Virus record (IMG/VR): IMGVR_UViG_3300044620_001904
Location: 1-64,000 of that record
Origin: a virus
Length of the DNA stretch: 64,000 nt
Strand: one strand, 5' to 3'
The notes beneath the pieces were generated by a model. It was given only the letters and a program-made list of their open reading frames with translations. It did not search any database and was not told where the DNA came from. A program made the translations under genes and the position numbers. The first letter of the stretch is position 1, and the number at the start of each line of letters is the position of its first letter. Below, piece by piece: positions 1 to 10,846 of this stretch.

Positions 1-405
1 GAAAGTGACTATTCATTTATAAGATTAATTAAATCCGGTAATTTAAATAACAAAAAAATATCAGATAATCTATATGAGATTGAGTCGTCAAATGAAAATA
101 TTTTTTCTATGCAAGCAACGATATGGAAAACAGAAGATTATATTAAAATAATGAATGGAGTTAAAGACCCTAAATGGTTGGAAAATAAAAATTATAATAA
201 TTTTATGATACAAAATAACATAAAAGGGTTGTATTATTATAATAATGAACCTAAAAGGGGTGGAGCTCATTATGATAGTGAAATATACCCATATATTGCA
301 ACTGCACTAGTTAAAGGTAAATGGAATCTCAGTGAGTATAAAAAAGAATTAGGTGATATTTTAGAATCAAATAATATTGATATAAATCAAAGAGGAAAAT
401 TTTGA
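1..405 (+). CDS. C-terminal part of a putative glycosyltransferase-cluster protein (5' partial)
   Basis: The frame of ORF 109..405 is open from the window edge; it sits in the glycan-modification cluster. Confidence 0.4.
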   Translation, partial: ESDYSFIRLIKSGNLNNKKISDNLYEIESSNENIFSMQATIWKTEDYIKIMNGVKDPKWLENKNYNNFMIQNNIKGLYYYNNEPKRGGAHYDSEIYPYIATALVKGKWNLSEYKKELGDILESNNIDINQRGKF

Positions 406-409
406 GGAT

Positions 410-1018
410 ATGTTATTAGATTTAATTAATTTAAGAGGTAGATACAATATGGAGATAACTGGAGTTATCCATATTGGCGCTCATTTCGGTGAGGAACATC
501 AAACTTATAAGAGTTTAGGTATTGATAATATTATATATTTTGAACCTGTGAAAAAAACCTTTTCTGTTTTAGAAGAACGAGTAAAGGATGCGAAGTTATA
601 TAATTACGCATTGGGTAATGAAAATAAGATGGTTGAAATGTTTATTGAGGAAGCCGATGCGTACGGATGCTCATCAATCCTAAAACCAAGTTCAAATTAC
701 GATAATGTACCGTTTAGTCCAAATGAAATTGTAGAAATGAAAAGACTTGACGATTTTAATTTTACCGAATTTAATTTTTTAAACATTGATGTCCAAGGAT
801 ATGAATACGAAGTTTTAAAAGGCGCTAAAAAAACGTTGGAAAATGTTGACTACATTATTTGTGAAATAAATAGAGAAACTCCTGAGAAAAAATTAGATTA
901 TATTGGTAGCACAACTATTGAAAAAATAATAGAGTTTTTATCTCCTTACGGATTCAAATTAGTAGAATCGAATTGGGCCGGTGTATCTTGGGGGGATGGA
1001 TTTTTTAAAAAAAATTAA
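410..1018 (+). CDS. FkbM family methyltransferase
   Basis: IHIGAHFG (SAM motif I), YFEP, FLNIDVQGYEYEVLKGA and WGD motifs. Confidence 0.85.
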   Translation: MLLDLINLRGRYNMEITGVIHIGAHFGEEHQTYKSLGIDNIIYFEPVKKTFSVLEERVKDAKLYNYALGNENKMVEMFIEEADAYGCSSILKPSSNYDNVPFSPNEIVEMKRLDDFNFTEFNFLNIDVQGYEYEVLKGAKKTLENVDYIICEINRETPEKKLDYIGSTTIEKIIEFLSPYGFKLVESNWAGVSWGDGFFKKN

Positions 1019-1139
1019 ATATATTTTTATATATGAACAAAACATATCTTAGCGATAATATAATAGAATTATTTCAATATTTTAAAAATTATTTTTACAA
1101 TAAACAACAATGTATTGAGGATACAAAATATCTTTTAAA

Positions 1140-1982
1140 ATGATAGTTTATAATAACCAAGTATTTTCTGAAGACCCATTACATAAATTTCATTTAGAGG
1201 ATTTTCATAAAAATGATGATGTAATTATTCATTTAGGTTATAACCCATCTAATTTGATTAAAAAAAATCAAAACGAAAAACATATTTTAATAGAGTTAGA
1301 ACAACCAAATAGGTTCTTACATCCTGTAACACATGATAGTACTTTTATTTGTGAAAAGTTTTTTAACAAAATATTAACAATAAACCCTGAATTTGTTAAA
1401 AATAGAAATGAAAAATTAGGTTTTGAGTTATATACTTATGTTTTTTTTCCTTATAGTTTACGTTACGTATCGACAGATAGATTTAAAACAAATGATGTTA
1501 TCTATACAGGTAATAGAGATTATTATAACATTTGTAATAAAATAAATAACCGTAGTGTAATATGGGTCGGTCAAGGTGGTAACATACGTAATATAAGTTA
1601 TTTGGAAAAAATAAATTATACTAAAAATTCTAAAATATCAATAAGTCATAACATTGTTGAGTTTAGAGATTTAATTCCGTTTATGGATACGCAAAAGGAT
1701 ACGGTAAGTCACATAGATGGTATATTTGGACAACATAAAGCCAGAACTATTGAAGCTGCATTCAATAAATCAATAATAGTACATATAAATACCGGACAAA
1801 AATTAATAGAAGATTTCTTTAAAGAAGGTGAAGATTTTCTCTATTATAGAGAGGGTTTAATTGATGATATTTTGAATAATTATGATAGTTATAAATTTTT
1901 ATCTGAAAATGCATTTAATAAATCAATGAATAATTACACAACAGAACATTTCTATAATAGATATATAAAACCATTATTATGA
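1140..1982 (+). CDS. Putative glycosyltransferase (GT-B-like C-terminus)
   Basis: KARTIEAAF...IEDFFKEGEDFLYY resembles a Glyco_trans_1_2 tail; cluster context. Confidence 0.5.
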   Translation: MIVYNNQVFSEDPLHKFHLEDFHKNDDVIIHLGYNPSNLIKKNQNEKHILIELEQPNRFLHPVTHDSTFICEKFFNKILTINPEFVKNRNEKLGFELYTYVFFPYSLRYVSTDRFKTNDVIYTGNRDYYNICNKINNRSVIWVGQGGNIRNISYLEKINYTKNSKISISHNIVEFRDLIPFMDTQKDTVSHIDGIFGQHKARTIEAAFNKSIIVHINTGQKLIEDFFKEGEDFLYYREGLIDDILNNYDSYKFLSENAFNKSMNNYTTEHFYNRYIKPLL

Positions 1983-2911
1983 AAAAATTTATAGTAACAA
2001 CAACAATAAATAGTCCAACAATAGCCACAATTAAATTTGCCGAAATTGCCCAAAGAGATAACTGGACATTTATTATTGTTGGAGACACAAAAACACCACA
2101 TAATGAATATAAAGAATTAGAATCAAAGTATTCTAATGTTAAATACTTTTCACCTGAAGAACAAGAAATAGATTATAAAGAAATCAGTGATATTCTTGGG
2201 TGGAAAACTATTCAAAGGAGAAACATTGGTTTTATCAAGGCGTATCGAATGGGTGCTGATATTTTAGCAACTGTTGATGATGACAATATTCCTTACGATA
2301 ATTGGGGACAAAATTTATACATTGGTGAAACAATAAATGTTGATTTATATGAGCCTGAATTAAATGTGTTTGACCCATTGTCAATTACTATAAATAATCA
2401 AGTATGGCATCGTGGATATCCAATCGAATACTTACAAAAAAGACACAGAGTGGAGTATAAAGGGAAGACTAAAAGAAAAGTTTTGATACAAGCGGATTTG
2501 TGGGATGGGGACCCAGACATTGACGCAATGGCTAGATTAACCTTCAAACCTATCATCAAATATTCAGATATTAATTTTCCATATTGTTCTAACAAAATAT
2601 CACCTTTTAATTCCCAAAATACTTTTTTACATAGAGAAGTAATACCATATTATGCGGTATTACCGTTTGTTGGTAGAATGGATGATATTTGGGGTGCGTA
2701 TATTGTACAACATTATTTTCCTGATTCAGTTATATACTCACCTGCTAGCGTTTATCAGGATAGAAATGTCCAAGATTTAATAACAAATTTAGAAAAAGAA
2801 ATAATTGGATATAGAAACACATTAAGTTTAATAAATAATTTATTAAACTTTGAAAAGGAACTTCCTGAGGAAACCTTGTTTTTTTATGAGAAATATAAAA
2901 GTTTTTTTTAA
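1979..2911 (+). CDS. STELLO/GT75-like glycosyltransferase or UDP-sugar mutase
   Basis: IVTTTIN, IVGDTKTP, RRNIG, DDDN, HRGYP, GDPDIDA, FNSQNT and RMDDIW motifs. Confidence 0.75.
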   Translation: MKKFIVTTTINSPTIATIKFAEIAQRDNWTFIIVGDTKTPHNEYKELESKYSNVKYFSPEEQEIDYKEISDILGWKTIQRRNIGFIKAYRMGADILATVDDDNIPYDNWGQNLYIGETINVDLYEPELNVFDPLSITINNQVWHRGYPIEYLQKRHRVEYKGKTKRKVLIQADLWDGDPDIDAMARLTFKPIIKYSDINFPYCSNKISPFNSQNTFLHREVIPYYAVLPFVGRMDDIWGAYIVQHYFPDSVIYSPASVYQDRNVQDLITNLEKEIIGYRNTLSLINNLLNFEKELPEETLFFYEKYKSFF

Positions 2912-2920
2912 TATAAAAAT

Positions 2921-3412
2921 ATGATAGACATAATTGAATTTAAAAATAAAGTTTACCCTAAGTTCCAATCAACCGGATTCGCATCTAAATTCTGTTTTCC
3001 GTTCGCATTAGAAGTTTGTAAAGGTATAGGGTATGATATTGGGTGCATGAAAAAAGAATGGTCACTACCTAACTCAATACCAATTGATTTATCATTTAAT
3101 GACGGGTACCATGCAAATAATTTACCGGAAGGTGAAGTTGACTATATATTTAGTTCACACTGTTTGGAACATATTAATGATTGGGTAACTACACTTGATT
3201 ATTGGTATGATAAGTTAAAAACTGAAGGTACTTTATTTTTATATTTACCAGATTATTCGCAAGAATATTGGAGACCGTGGAATAATAGAAAACACGTAAA
3301 CATACTTAAACCTGAATTTATTCGAGATTATTTGGAGGATAAGGGATATCAAAAAATTTTTGTATCAAATGTTGACCTAAATAATAGTTTTATGTGTATT
3401 GCTGAAAAATGA
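2921..3412 (+). CDS. Class I SAM-dependent methyltransferase
   Basis: DIGC, DYIFSSHCLEH and LFLYLP motifs. Confidence 0.8.
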   Translation: MIDIIEFKNKVYPKFQSTGFASKFCFPFALEVCKGIGYDIGCMKKEWSLPNSIPIDLSFNDGYHANNLPEGEVDYIFSSHCLEHINDWVTTLDYWYDKLKTEGTLFLYLPDYSQEYWRPWNNRKHVNILKPEFIRDYLEDKGYQKIFVSNVDLNNSFMCIAEK

Positions 3413-4149
3413 AAAAAAAAATTCTAATACATCAACCCTACAAATATGGTGACTATCTTAATGTCATGCCATTAGTACAAAAATTATACAAATTAGGATA
3501 CGAAGTTTATTATCCGTATTCATCACATGTCTCCGATTTAATAGAATATTTCGATAACATAATATTTTTTGAGATAGGTACTGAAGATTTAAATTCGAGT
3601 AAAAGGTTTTGCGAAGAAAATAATTGTATTTTAATAAACTGTCAAAGTCCTAAAGGGTATGACGAACTATTTACAATACATGGTGGTAAATACTTCATAG
3701 AAGAAATGAAGTACTATGTTGCTGAAGACATATTAAAGTGCGGTATAAAATATGAAGATAAGTTTAATCTAAAATGGAATAGGAATTTTGAAAAAGAAAA
3801 TAAATTGATAGAATTATTGTCTCTTAATTTAACAACAGATTATAATATTTCTCACTTAGTTGGCGATAATGGAAGACGTGGGAACATACCAGAAAAATTT
3901 TTAAATCAAAAAACTATTGAGATTACTAAAATACCAGGGTTTTCATTATTGGATTGGTATCCAATAATAGTAAATTCAAAAAACATTTTAACAATTCAAA
4001 GCTCTATCCAATGTTATGTTGATATAATAAAAAAAGACATAAAACATAATAATTTTTATTTGTTAAATGACACATCAGAATACGATAGATTATTAGTGCC
4101 GGCCTACGGATGGAATATGGAATATTTCAACAATAAAAGATTAAGGTGA
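3409..4149 (+). CDS. Hypothetical protein, possible GT9-like glycosyltransferase
   Basis: N-terminal YGD...MP motif; cluster context. Confidence 0.35.
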   Translation: MKKKILIHQPYKYGDYLNVMPLVQKLYKLGYEVYYPYSSHVSDLIEYFDNIIFFEIGTEDLNSSKRFCEENNCILINCQSPKGYDELFTIHGGKYFIEEMKYYVAEDILKCGIKYEDKFNLKWNRNFEKENKLIELLSLNLTTDYNISHLVGDNGRRGNIPEKFLNQKTIEITKIPGFSLLDWYPIIVNSKNILTIQSSIQCYVDIIKKDIKHNNFYLLNDTSEYDRLLVPAYGWNMEYFNNKRLR

Positions 4150-4166
4150 TTAAAATTTAACGAAAA

Positions 4167-5168
4167 ATGATATTAGTTACTTACGGAACAAGACCTGAAT
4201 ATATTAAAATTAAACCATTGATTGATGAGATGGTTAAACAAAGAACACCATTTAAAACTCTTTTCACAGGGCAACATAAAGATATTGTCAATAATAATTC
4301 TGATTTTAGTTTAGAGATGAGAGAATTTGGTAACAACAGATTAGATAATATTATACAAAATTGCATGAACATACCTGAAAAATATTTTGAAGGTATCAAA
4401 TACATTTTAGTTCAAGGAGATACGACATCAGTAATGGGTCTGTCTTTATCGGCATTACATAGAAAAATAAAAATTATTCATTTGGAGGCAGGATTAAGAA
4501 GTTATGATGATGAAAACCCTTATCCCGAAGAAAATAATAGAAAAATAGTATCAACAATAGCGGACATACACTTATGTCCAACTGAAACCAACAAAAATAA
4601 TTTATTAAAAGAAAATATATCTGAGGATAAAATATTTGTTGTTGGTAATACATCACTTGATAATTTATTAGAATTAAAAAATAAATTATCATACACTGAT
4701 AAAGTTTTAGTTACACTTCATAGGAGAGAAAATCACGAAATAATGGATAAATGGTTTAATGAAATTAACAATATCGCATCTAAATATAAACATATTGAAT
4801 TTATATTACCGATACATCCAAACCCTAATGTCCAATTACATAAACACATATTAACTAATGTCAAAGTTATAAATCCATTAGTGCATGAAGATTTATTAAA
4901 TATTCTTATAGAGTGTAAATTGGTTATAACAGATAGTGGTGGGTTACAAGAAGAATGTTCTTTTTTGAATAAGAAATGTATTGTTTGTAGAAAAGTCACT
5001 GAGAGACCTGAATCTTTAGGATTAACGAGTTATTTGGTAAAACACAGTTATGAACTATCTGAAATATTTGACGTTCATTTAAATTCTTACGATAATATAA
5101 TTGGTGAATGCCCATATGGTGATGGTTATTCTTCTAAAAAAATATGCAATATTTTAAAAAAACTATAA
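4167..5168 (+). CDS. wecB: UDP-N-acetylglucosamine 2-epimerase
   Basis: GTRPE, TGQH, VQGDT, HLEAGLRS, PEENNR, TLHRREN, TDSGGLQEE and TERPE motifs. Confidence 0.93.
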   Translation: MILVTYGTRPEYIKIKPLIDEMVKQRTPFKTLFTGQHKDIVNNNSDFSLEMREFGNNRLDNIIQNCMNIPEKYFEGIKYILVQGDTTSVMGLSLSALHRKIKIIHLEAGLRSYDDENPYPEENNRKIVSTIADIHLCPTETNKNNLLKENISEDKIFVVGNTSLDNLLELKNKLSYTDKVLVTLHRRENHEIMDKWFNEINNIASKYKHIEFILPIHPNPNVQLHKHILTNVKVINPLVHEDLLNILIECKLVITDSGGLQEECSFLNKKCIVCRKVTERPESLGLTSYLVKHSYELSEIFDVHLNSYDNIIGECPYGDGYSSKKICNILKKL

Positions 5169-5169
5169 A

Positions 5170-6240
5170 ATGAAAAATATACTAATATTAGGTGGCGGTG
5201 GGTTCATAGGAGGACACTTAGCCAAAAGATTATTTAATGAAGGAAATTTCGTTAGAGTTGTGGATATTAAACAACACGAATATTTTAATATTGATGAGTT
5301 TTGTTCCGAATTTATTCAGGGTGATTTGAGAGACCCTCAATTAGTTAGTAAAATAATGTTCGCACCAAATCAAATATCAATCGACGATAAAGAAAATAGT
5401 TTTGATGAAGTATATCAATTGGCTGCGGATATGGGTGGAGCTGGTTATATTTTCACGGGAGATAACGATGCTAATGTAATGCACAATTCTGCGTTAATTA
5501 ATTTAAATGTATCGTATTATGCGTCTAAATTCGGAGTTAAAAAATTATTTTATTCATCCTCAGCATGTATGTATCCCGAACATAATCAATTAGACCCAAA
5601 CAATCCTAATTGTGAAGAATCATCCGCATATCCGGCAAATCCTGATAGTGAGTATGGTTGGGAAAAACTTTTTAGTGAGAGATTGTATTTGGCATTTAAT
5701 AGAAATTACGGACTAAATGTTAGAGTTGCCAGATTCCATAATATATTTGGACCTTATGGTACTTGGAGAGGTGGTAAAGAAAAGGCACCTGCCGCTATGT
5801 GTAGAAAAATTGCCGAGACGCCCAATGGAGGTGAAATTGAGGTTTGGGGCGATGGATTACAAACTAGGTCATTTTTATTTATTGATGAATGTGTGGAGGC
5901 AATATTAAAGTTAATGGAAAGCGATTTCAAAGGGCCTGTTAATATTGGTTCCGAAGAAATGGTAACCATAAATCAACTAGCTCAAATGGCTATTGATATT
6001 TCGGGAAAAAATATTAATATAAGTAATATATCAGGAGATGACTTTAGACAAAAATATGGATTTAAATGTCCTGTTGGCGTAAAAGGAAGAAATTCTGATA
6101 ATAAATTATATAAAGAAAAAGTCGGATGGTCGGTATCTGAACCATTGATTAAAGGATTAGAGAAAACCTATCAATGGATTAATGATAATGTTAAAAATGA
6201 TGACACAAAGAAAAAAACAAAACACACAGCCGAGACCTGA
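5170..6240 (+). CDS. NAD-dependent epimerase, GDP-mannose 3,5-epimerase-like
   Basis: GGGGFIG, LAADMGGAGYI, SSACMYP, YGWEK, GGKEKAPAA and GVKGRNSDN motifs. Confidence 0.88.
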   Translation: MKNILILGGGGFIGGHLAKRLFNEGNFVRVVDIKQHEYFNIDEFCSEFIQGDLRDPQLVSKIMFAPNQISIDDKENSFDEVYQLAADMGGAGYIFTGDNDANVMHNSALINLNVSYYASKFGVKKLFYSSSACMYPEHNQLDPNNPNCEESSAYPANPDSEYGWEKLFSERLYLAFNRNYGLNVRVARFHNIFGPYGTWRGGKEKAPAAMCRKIAETPNGGEIEVWGDGLQTRSFLFIDECVEAILKLMESDFKGPVNIGSEEMVTINQLAQMAIDISGKNINISNISGDDFRQKYGFKCPVGVKGRNSDNKLYKEKVGWSVSEPLIKGLEKTYQWINDNVKNDDTKKKTKHTAET

Positions 6241-6931
6241 ACAGGTTGATAGGAAACTAACCAAAAAAGAATATATTAATTCTTTGGTTAGTAAAAAAAT
6301 CAAAAATAAATTCTTAACGGAGAGTCAAAAAGAGTATTACGAGTTATTAACCAATAACCAAATTGTGTTGTGTTCAGGTCCTGCGGGTGTAGGTAAAAGT
6401 TACATCTCAATGAAAGCGGCGGTTGATTTATTGTTAGACCCTGCCAATTCATACGAAAAACTTGTGATTGTCAGACCGGCAGTTGAAGCGGAAGAAAAAT
6501 TAGGTTCACTGCCAGGAAACGTAGAAGAAAAATTGGACCCTTATATTTTCCCATCTTATTATCTTTTAAATAAAATTATTGGTAAAGAAGCCCGTGAAAA
6601 ATTAAAAGAGGCGGAAATTATTGAGGTGTTTGCATTGGCTTATATGAGAGGTATGAATATCGATAACACGATATTGATTTTTGAAGAAGCCCAAAACTCA
6701 ACACCAAACCAAATGAAATTATTATTAACACGTATTGGTTTTAACTCTAAATTTTTCATATCAGGAGATTTAGAACAAACTGATAGATATAAAGATAAAA
6801 AACAATCAGGATTGTGGGATGCCCTACAAAGATTTAAGGGGTTAAACGATGTTGGTGTATTTGAATTTTCAGATAAGGATGTTGTTAGGAATCCCCTTAT
6901 TGGTAAACTTTTAAAAAGATATGAAGAATGA
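6182..6931 (+). CDS. phoH: PhoH family ATPase
   Basis: GPAGVGKS, RPAVEAEEKLGSLPG, AYMRG, EEAQN, GDLEQTD and DVVRNPL motifs. Confidence 0.93.
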   Translation: MIMLKMMTQRKKQNTQPRPEQVDRKLTKKEYINSLVSKKIKNKFLTESQKEYYELLTNNQIVLCSGPAGVGKSYISMKAAVDLLLDPANSYEKLVIVRPAVEAEEKLGSLPGNVEEKLDPYIFPSYYLLNKIIGKEAREKLKEAEIIEVFALAYMRGMNIDNTILIFEEAQNSTPNQMKLLLTRIGFNSKFFISGDLEQTDRYKDKKQSGLWDALQRFKGLNDVGVFEFSDKDVVRNPLIGKLLKRYEE

Positions 6932-7590
6932 GAATCGGTATTGAACTTAATGGTGTTTTAAGAAACACGATTGGCAAATTTACACAGATTTACGAAAAAC
7001 TTGTTTTGGAGCAATCAGAGTTGGATACTGTCCATAAATTTGAATCAACCATTGGTGATGATGATTTTCAAGAAGTTTTTGATGACACATCAAAAGAATT
7101 TAAATATGAAATCAAAAGTGATGTAACGTCGCTTAATTTGCTTGATCATTTTTCATTTGAGTCAAATGAAGAATTATATGAATTTATGTATGAAGAACAC
7201 GCAATGTCAATTTTTGGCCACGCATCTTCGGCAGAATATTCTACATTTCACGATTTACAAGACATATATTTAAAATACCGAGACAAACACGAATTATTGA
7301 TTGTATCAGATGAAATGGGAAAATCAAAACCCGCTTCATTATTTTTTATATCTAAGTTCGGTTGCCAAATTGAAAAAATAAAATTTTATTCACAATTAAC
7401 ACTTAATTCAATGTGGAATGAAATTGATATTTTACTTACGGCAAATCCTGACTTATTATTGAATTATCCAAAAAATAAAATTTTGGTAAAATATGAAACA
7501 AATTACAATAAACACGTTTCTTCTGAATTTACAATTAGTTCAATAAAAGAATTTGACAATGTATTAGAAGGAATATTAAAACAAAATTAA
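6928..7590 (+). CDS. HAD/5'-nucleotidase-fold protein with degenerate motif I
   Basis: MRIGIELNGVL matches the usual IGIDxDGVL with both Asp replaced. Confidence 0.5.
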   Translation: MRIGIELNGVLRNTIGKFTQIYEKLVLEQSELDTVHKFESTIGDDDFQEVFDDTSKEFKYEIKSDVTSLNLLDHFSFESNEELYEFMYEEHAMSIFGHASSAEYSTFHDLQDIYLKYRDKHELLIVSDEMGKSKPASLFFISKFGCQIEKIKFYSQLTLNSMWNEIDILLTANPDLLLNYPKNKILVKYETNYNKHVSSEFTISSIKEFDNVLEGILKQN

Positions 7591-7592
7591 TT

Positions 7593-7856
7593 ATGTTCAA
7601 AGTTTTTAATGAAAACTATTATGTTGATATAGATCAGATTGAAAAATATATAAATATAAATCAAACATCTGGCGATAGTGAGATTCACATTAACGTTGTT
7701 AAATATGAAGCTGTTAAAATGATGTTGGAAGTTATTATGACCGAGGATGAAGAAATTGATGAATCATTAGGATTAAAAGGAGGTAATGGTGTTACAATTC
7801 CTTTTAAAATTGCTTTTAACACTCTTTTAAATAAAAAATTAATAAATAAATATTGA
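7593..7856 (+). CDS. Hypothetical protein
   Basis: Tightly packed ORF in the operon. Confidence 0.6.
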   Translation: MFKVFNENYYVDIDQIEKYININQTSGDSEIHINVVKYEAVKMMLEVIMTEDEEIDESLGLKGGNGVTIPFKIAFNTLLNKKLINKY

Positions 7857-7857
7857 T

Positions 7858-8916
7858 ATGACTCAAGAACAAATCCAAAAATTGGAAAAATCAATTGAAA
7901 ACTTAAAAAACAAATCTGCGAGAATTTATTTCTTGGTTCAGGACACTAAAGGAAATGCAAGGGCTTCTATATCCTACATTTATAGGATTGCTCTTACTTT
8001 GAAAAGAAATGGTTTTAACTCAATAATATTGCATGAAAAACCTGATTATAACGGCGTTTCAAATTGGTTGGGAAAAGAATTTATGGAAGAAATTCCCCAC
8101 CGTGCGATCGAAGGTCAAAATTTAGAAGTATCTCCCGAGGATTTTATTGTGGTATCTGAGCTATATGGGTTTGTAATGCCACAATTAACAAATTTGCCAT
8201 GTGCTAAAATTGTTTTATGTCAAGCGTATGATTATGTTTTGGAAACTTTGCAGCCAGGTCAAACTTGGTTACAATTTGGTTTTACAAAATGTATCACAAC
8301 ATCAGAAGACCAAAAGCAATATGTTTCATCGTTTATGAAGGGAATATCTTTTGACATTTTACCACCTGTTGTTTCTGAAGTTTTCACAAAACAAGAATTG
8401 CCCGCTAAACCAATCATTGCAATCCACACAAGAGACCAAAGGGACACAATGACCTTAATTAAAACTTTTTATTTAAAATACCCCCAATATAGGTGGGTAA
8501 CTTTTAGAGATATGAGAGGACTGTCTGAAAAAGAATTTGCAAACGCACTTAAAGATTGTTTTTTATCTGTATGGATAGATCCTACTAGCGGTTTTGGAAC
8601 ATTCCCACTTGAATCAATGAAAGTTGGTGTTCCTGTTATTGGTAAAATACCAAATTTATTTCCAGAATGGATGAATGAGGATAACGGAGTTTGGATCAGA
8701 GAACACAATCAAATTGTAGATTTTGTTTCTGACTTTTTACATAACTGGCTTGAAGATAATATTAGTGATGAACTGTATCAGAACATTGAAAAAACTGCAA
8801 ACAAATATTCAGATTATTCAAAATTTGAAGGTCAGGTGGTTGAACTTTTTTCAAAATACATTGAAACTAGATTGGAACCGTTCCAAGAACAATTAACTAA
8901 ACTTGAAACAACTTAA
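7858..8916 (+). CDS. GT4/GT-B glycosyltransferase-like protein
   Basis: GFGTFPLESMKVGVPVIG resembles the GT4 EGFGxxxxEAMxxGxPVI motif. Confidence 0.7.
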   Translation: MTQEQIQKLEKSIENLKNKSARIYFLVQDTKGNARASISYIYRIALTLKRNGFNSIILHEKPDYNGVSNWLGKEFMEEIPHRAIEGQNLEVSPEDFIVVSELYGFVMPQLTNLPCAKIVLCQAYDYVLETLQPGQTWLQFGFTKCITTSEDQKQYVSSFMKGISFDILPPVVSEVFTKQELPAKPIIAIHTRDQRDTMTLIKTFYLKYPQYRWVTFRDMRGLSEKEFANALKDCFLSVWIDPTSGFGTFPLESMKVGVPVIGKIPNLFPEWMNEDNGVWIREHNQIVDFVSDFLHNWLEDNISDELYQNIEKTANKYSDYSKFEGQVVELFSKYIETRLEPFQEQLTKLETT

Positions 8917-8919
8917 AAT

Positions 8920-9726
8920 ATGGAACAAAAATTAAATCTATCGGTTATTTTGCCGATAAAATCCGCGAGAGTAAAAGATTTTTCAGAGCTTTTTGATAAA
9001 GCGATAACATCTTTAAAAACACAAAAATTACCGTTTAACGAACTTATTATTGTTCATACCGATGAAGACACCTTGGTAAGCGCGATTGAGAGTTATGATT
9101 TTGGTGACATAAATGTTAAAAAACTTGTATGGACTGAAACCCCCAATTATGCGGCTCAGATAAATTATGGTGTAGAAAACACCGATTCTGAATGGATATC
9201 ATTTTTTGAATTTGATGATGAGTATTCAAGTATTTGGTTTAAAAATGTTCAGATATATGTTAACGCATATAAAGATGTTGACGCATTTTTGCCAATCGTT
9301 GTTGATATTGATGAGAAAGGAGTATTTGCCGGTTTCACAAACGAAGCGACCTTTGCGGCAAACTTCACGTCTGATATCGGAATTTTAAATAACGAAATTT
9401 TACAAAATTATCAAAACTTCCAATCTTCTGGTATGGTAATTAAAAAATCCATATTTGAAAGATTTGGTAAATTTAAACCATCATTCAAATTGACATTTGT
9501 TTATGAATTTATGTTAAGAATGACGCATAATTCAATAAAGATTATGTCTATTCCGAAAATCGGATATAAACATGTTAATCTCAGAGAAGGATCAATTTTT
9601 TGGAATTATAAAAATGGAACTGAAGTAATGGTTCCCGATGAAATCAAATTTTGGATTGATTCGGCAAAAAAAGAATATTTTTTCACTGTTGATAGACAAA
9701 TAAAATATGAACCACAAACTGTTTAA
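8920..9726 (+). CDS. GT2 family glycosyltransferase
   Basis: LSVILPI, INYGV and WISFFEFDD motifs. Confidence 0.7.
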   Translation: MEQKLNLSVILPIKSARVKDFSELFDKAITSLKTQKLPFNELIIVHTDEDTLVSAIESYDFGDINVKKLVWTETPNYAAQINYGVENTDSEWISFFEFDDEYSSIWFKNVQIYVNAYKDVDAFLPIVVDIDEKGVFAGFTNEATFAANFTSDIGILNNEILQNYQNFQSSGMVIKKSIFERFGKFKPSFKLTFVYEFMLRMTHNSIKIMSIPKIGYKHVNLREGSIFWNYKNGTEVMVPDEIKFWIDSAKKEYFFTVDRQIKYEPQTV

Positions 9727-10469
9727 TGACGTTAAGTGCAGACACGGTCAATGAAACAAAAAGAAAATCCAAAAAGAAAAATTCTGATAACTATTTTGAC
9801 GAAAAAGAAGAATCTGCTGTAAGGTTATATTTGTCAGCTTCAACATTTGAAGAAAAAAACAAAATTTATAACCAATCTTTGAGAAAACCTTTGGACAAAA
9901 TGATATCGTCAATTATAAGACGATATAAATTATACAGAAAAGATATGGATTTTAATGAAATTCATGCGGATACCCATTCTTTTTTGATGACAAAAATTGA
10001 AAAATTTAAACCATCAAAAGAAAAAAAGGCGTATTCGTATTTCGGAACAATATGTAAAAATTATCTTATGGGTCAAATTATAAAAGACCAAAAGGATATG
10101 AACCGAAAAATCTCATATGAAGACATTTCAAGTGATTTAGAAAATGAAGCAAGGGAGGATTTAATTTATTATCTTGATTCAGATACCATAGAAATCGAGG
10201 ATATTATAAACGGTTTTTTAGATAAGTTATATGAAATCTTACAAGAAAATGATTTAACAGACAACGAAAAAAAGTTGGGTGAATCATTATATGAAATATT
10301 CATAAACTACAACAATATCTTTATTAGTTCAGATAATAATAAATTTAATAAGAATGTTATTTTACTCTCACTTAGAGAAATGACAAATTTATCAACAAAA
10401 GAAATAAGAATTTGTCTTAAAAAATATAAAAAGGCTTACAACGATTTGTTGCAAAATATTGTAAAATAA
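9726..10469 (+). CDS. Phage late sigma factor (T4 gp55-like)
   Basis: NYF...KIEKFKPSKEKKAYSYFGTICKNY resembles region 2 of gp55-type sigmas; the first late-promoter motif lies directly downstream. Confidence 0.65.
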   Translation: MTLSADTVNETKRKSKKKNSDNYFDEKEESAVRLYLSASTFEEKNKIYNQSLRKPLDKMISSIIRRYKLYRKDMDFNEIHADTHSFLMTKIEKFKPSKEKKAYSYFGTICKNYLMGQIIKDQKDMNRKISYEDISSDLENEAREDLIYYLDSDTIEIEDIINGFLDKLYEILQENDLTDNEKKLGESLYEIFINYNNIFISSDNNKFNKNVILLSLREMTNLSTKEIRICLKKYKKAYNDLLQNIVK

Positions 10470-10482
10470 GATATTTATAAAT

Positions 10483-10845
10483 ATGTCTAGACCTCAAAAA
10501 AAGAAAATAGAATTAACTAAAGAGTCAATGCTCTCGTTAATGCAAGAAATCTATAACGAACTTGTTGAACAAAGAAGTACAGCGTTAAGAATTCAAAATA
10601 AGATGTTGTCAATGATGAAAGATCCTGAAGATATGACTCTGATCGGTCCTGTAATTGAAAAACAACAAAAAATTATTAACGACTGTGTAGAAAAAAAACT
10701 TCAACTCTCAAAATTACAATCATCTATATGGGAAAAATCTTCAAACAATCAAGAAAGTTTTTCTATTTCAGATATGGATGATGATTTGATTGACGATTTG
10801 ATAAAAAAAGACATTGAGTCAAACAAAACGTTCAAACTAAAGTAA
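10483..10845 (+). CDS. Hypothetical coiled-coil protein (late gene)
   Basis: ORF preceded by TATTTATA. Confidence 0.6.
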   Translation: MSRPQKKKIELTKESMLSLMQEIYNELVEQRSTALRIQNKMLSMMKDPEDMTLIGPVIEKQQKIINDCVEKKLQLSKLQSSIWEKSSNNQESFSISDMDDDLIDDLIKKDIESNKTFKLK

Positions 10846-10846
10846 A

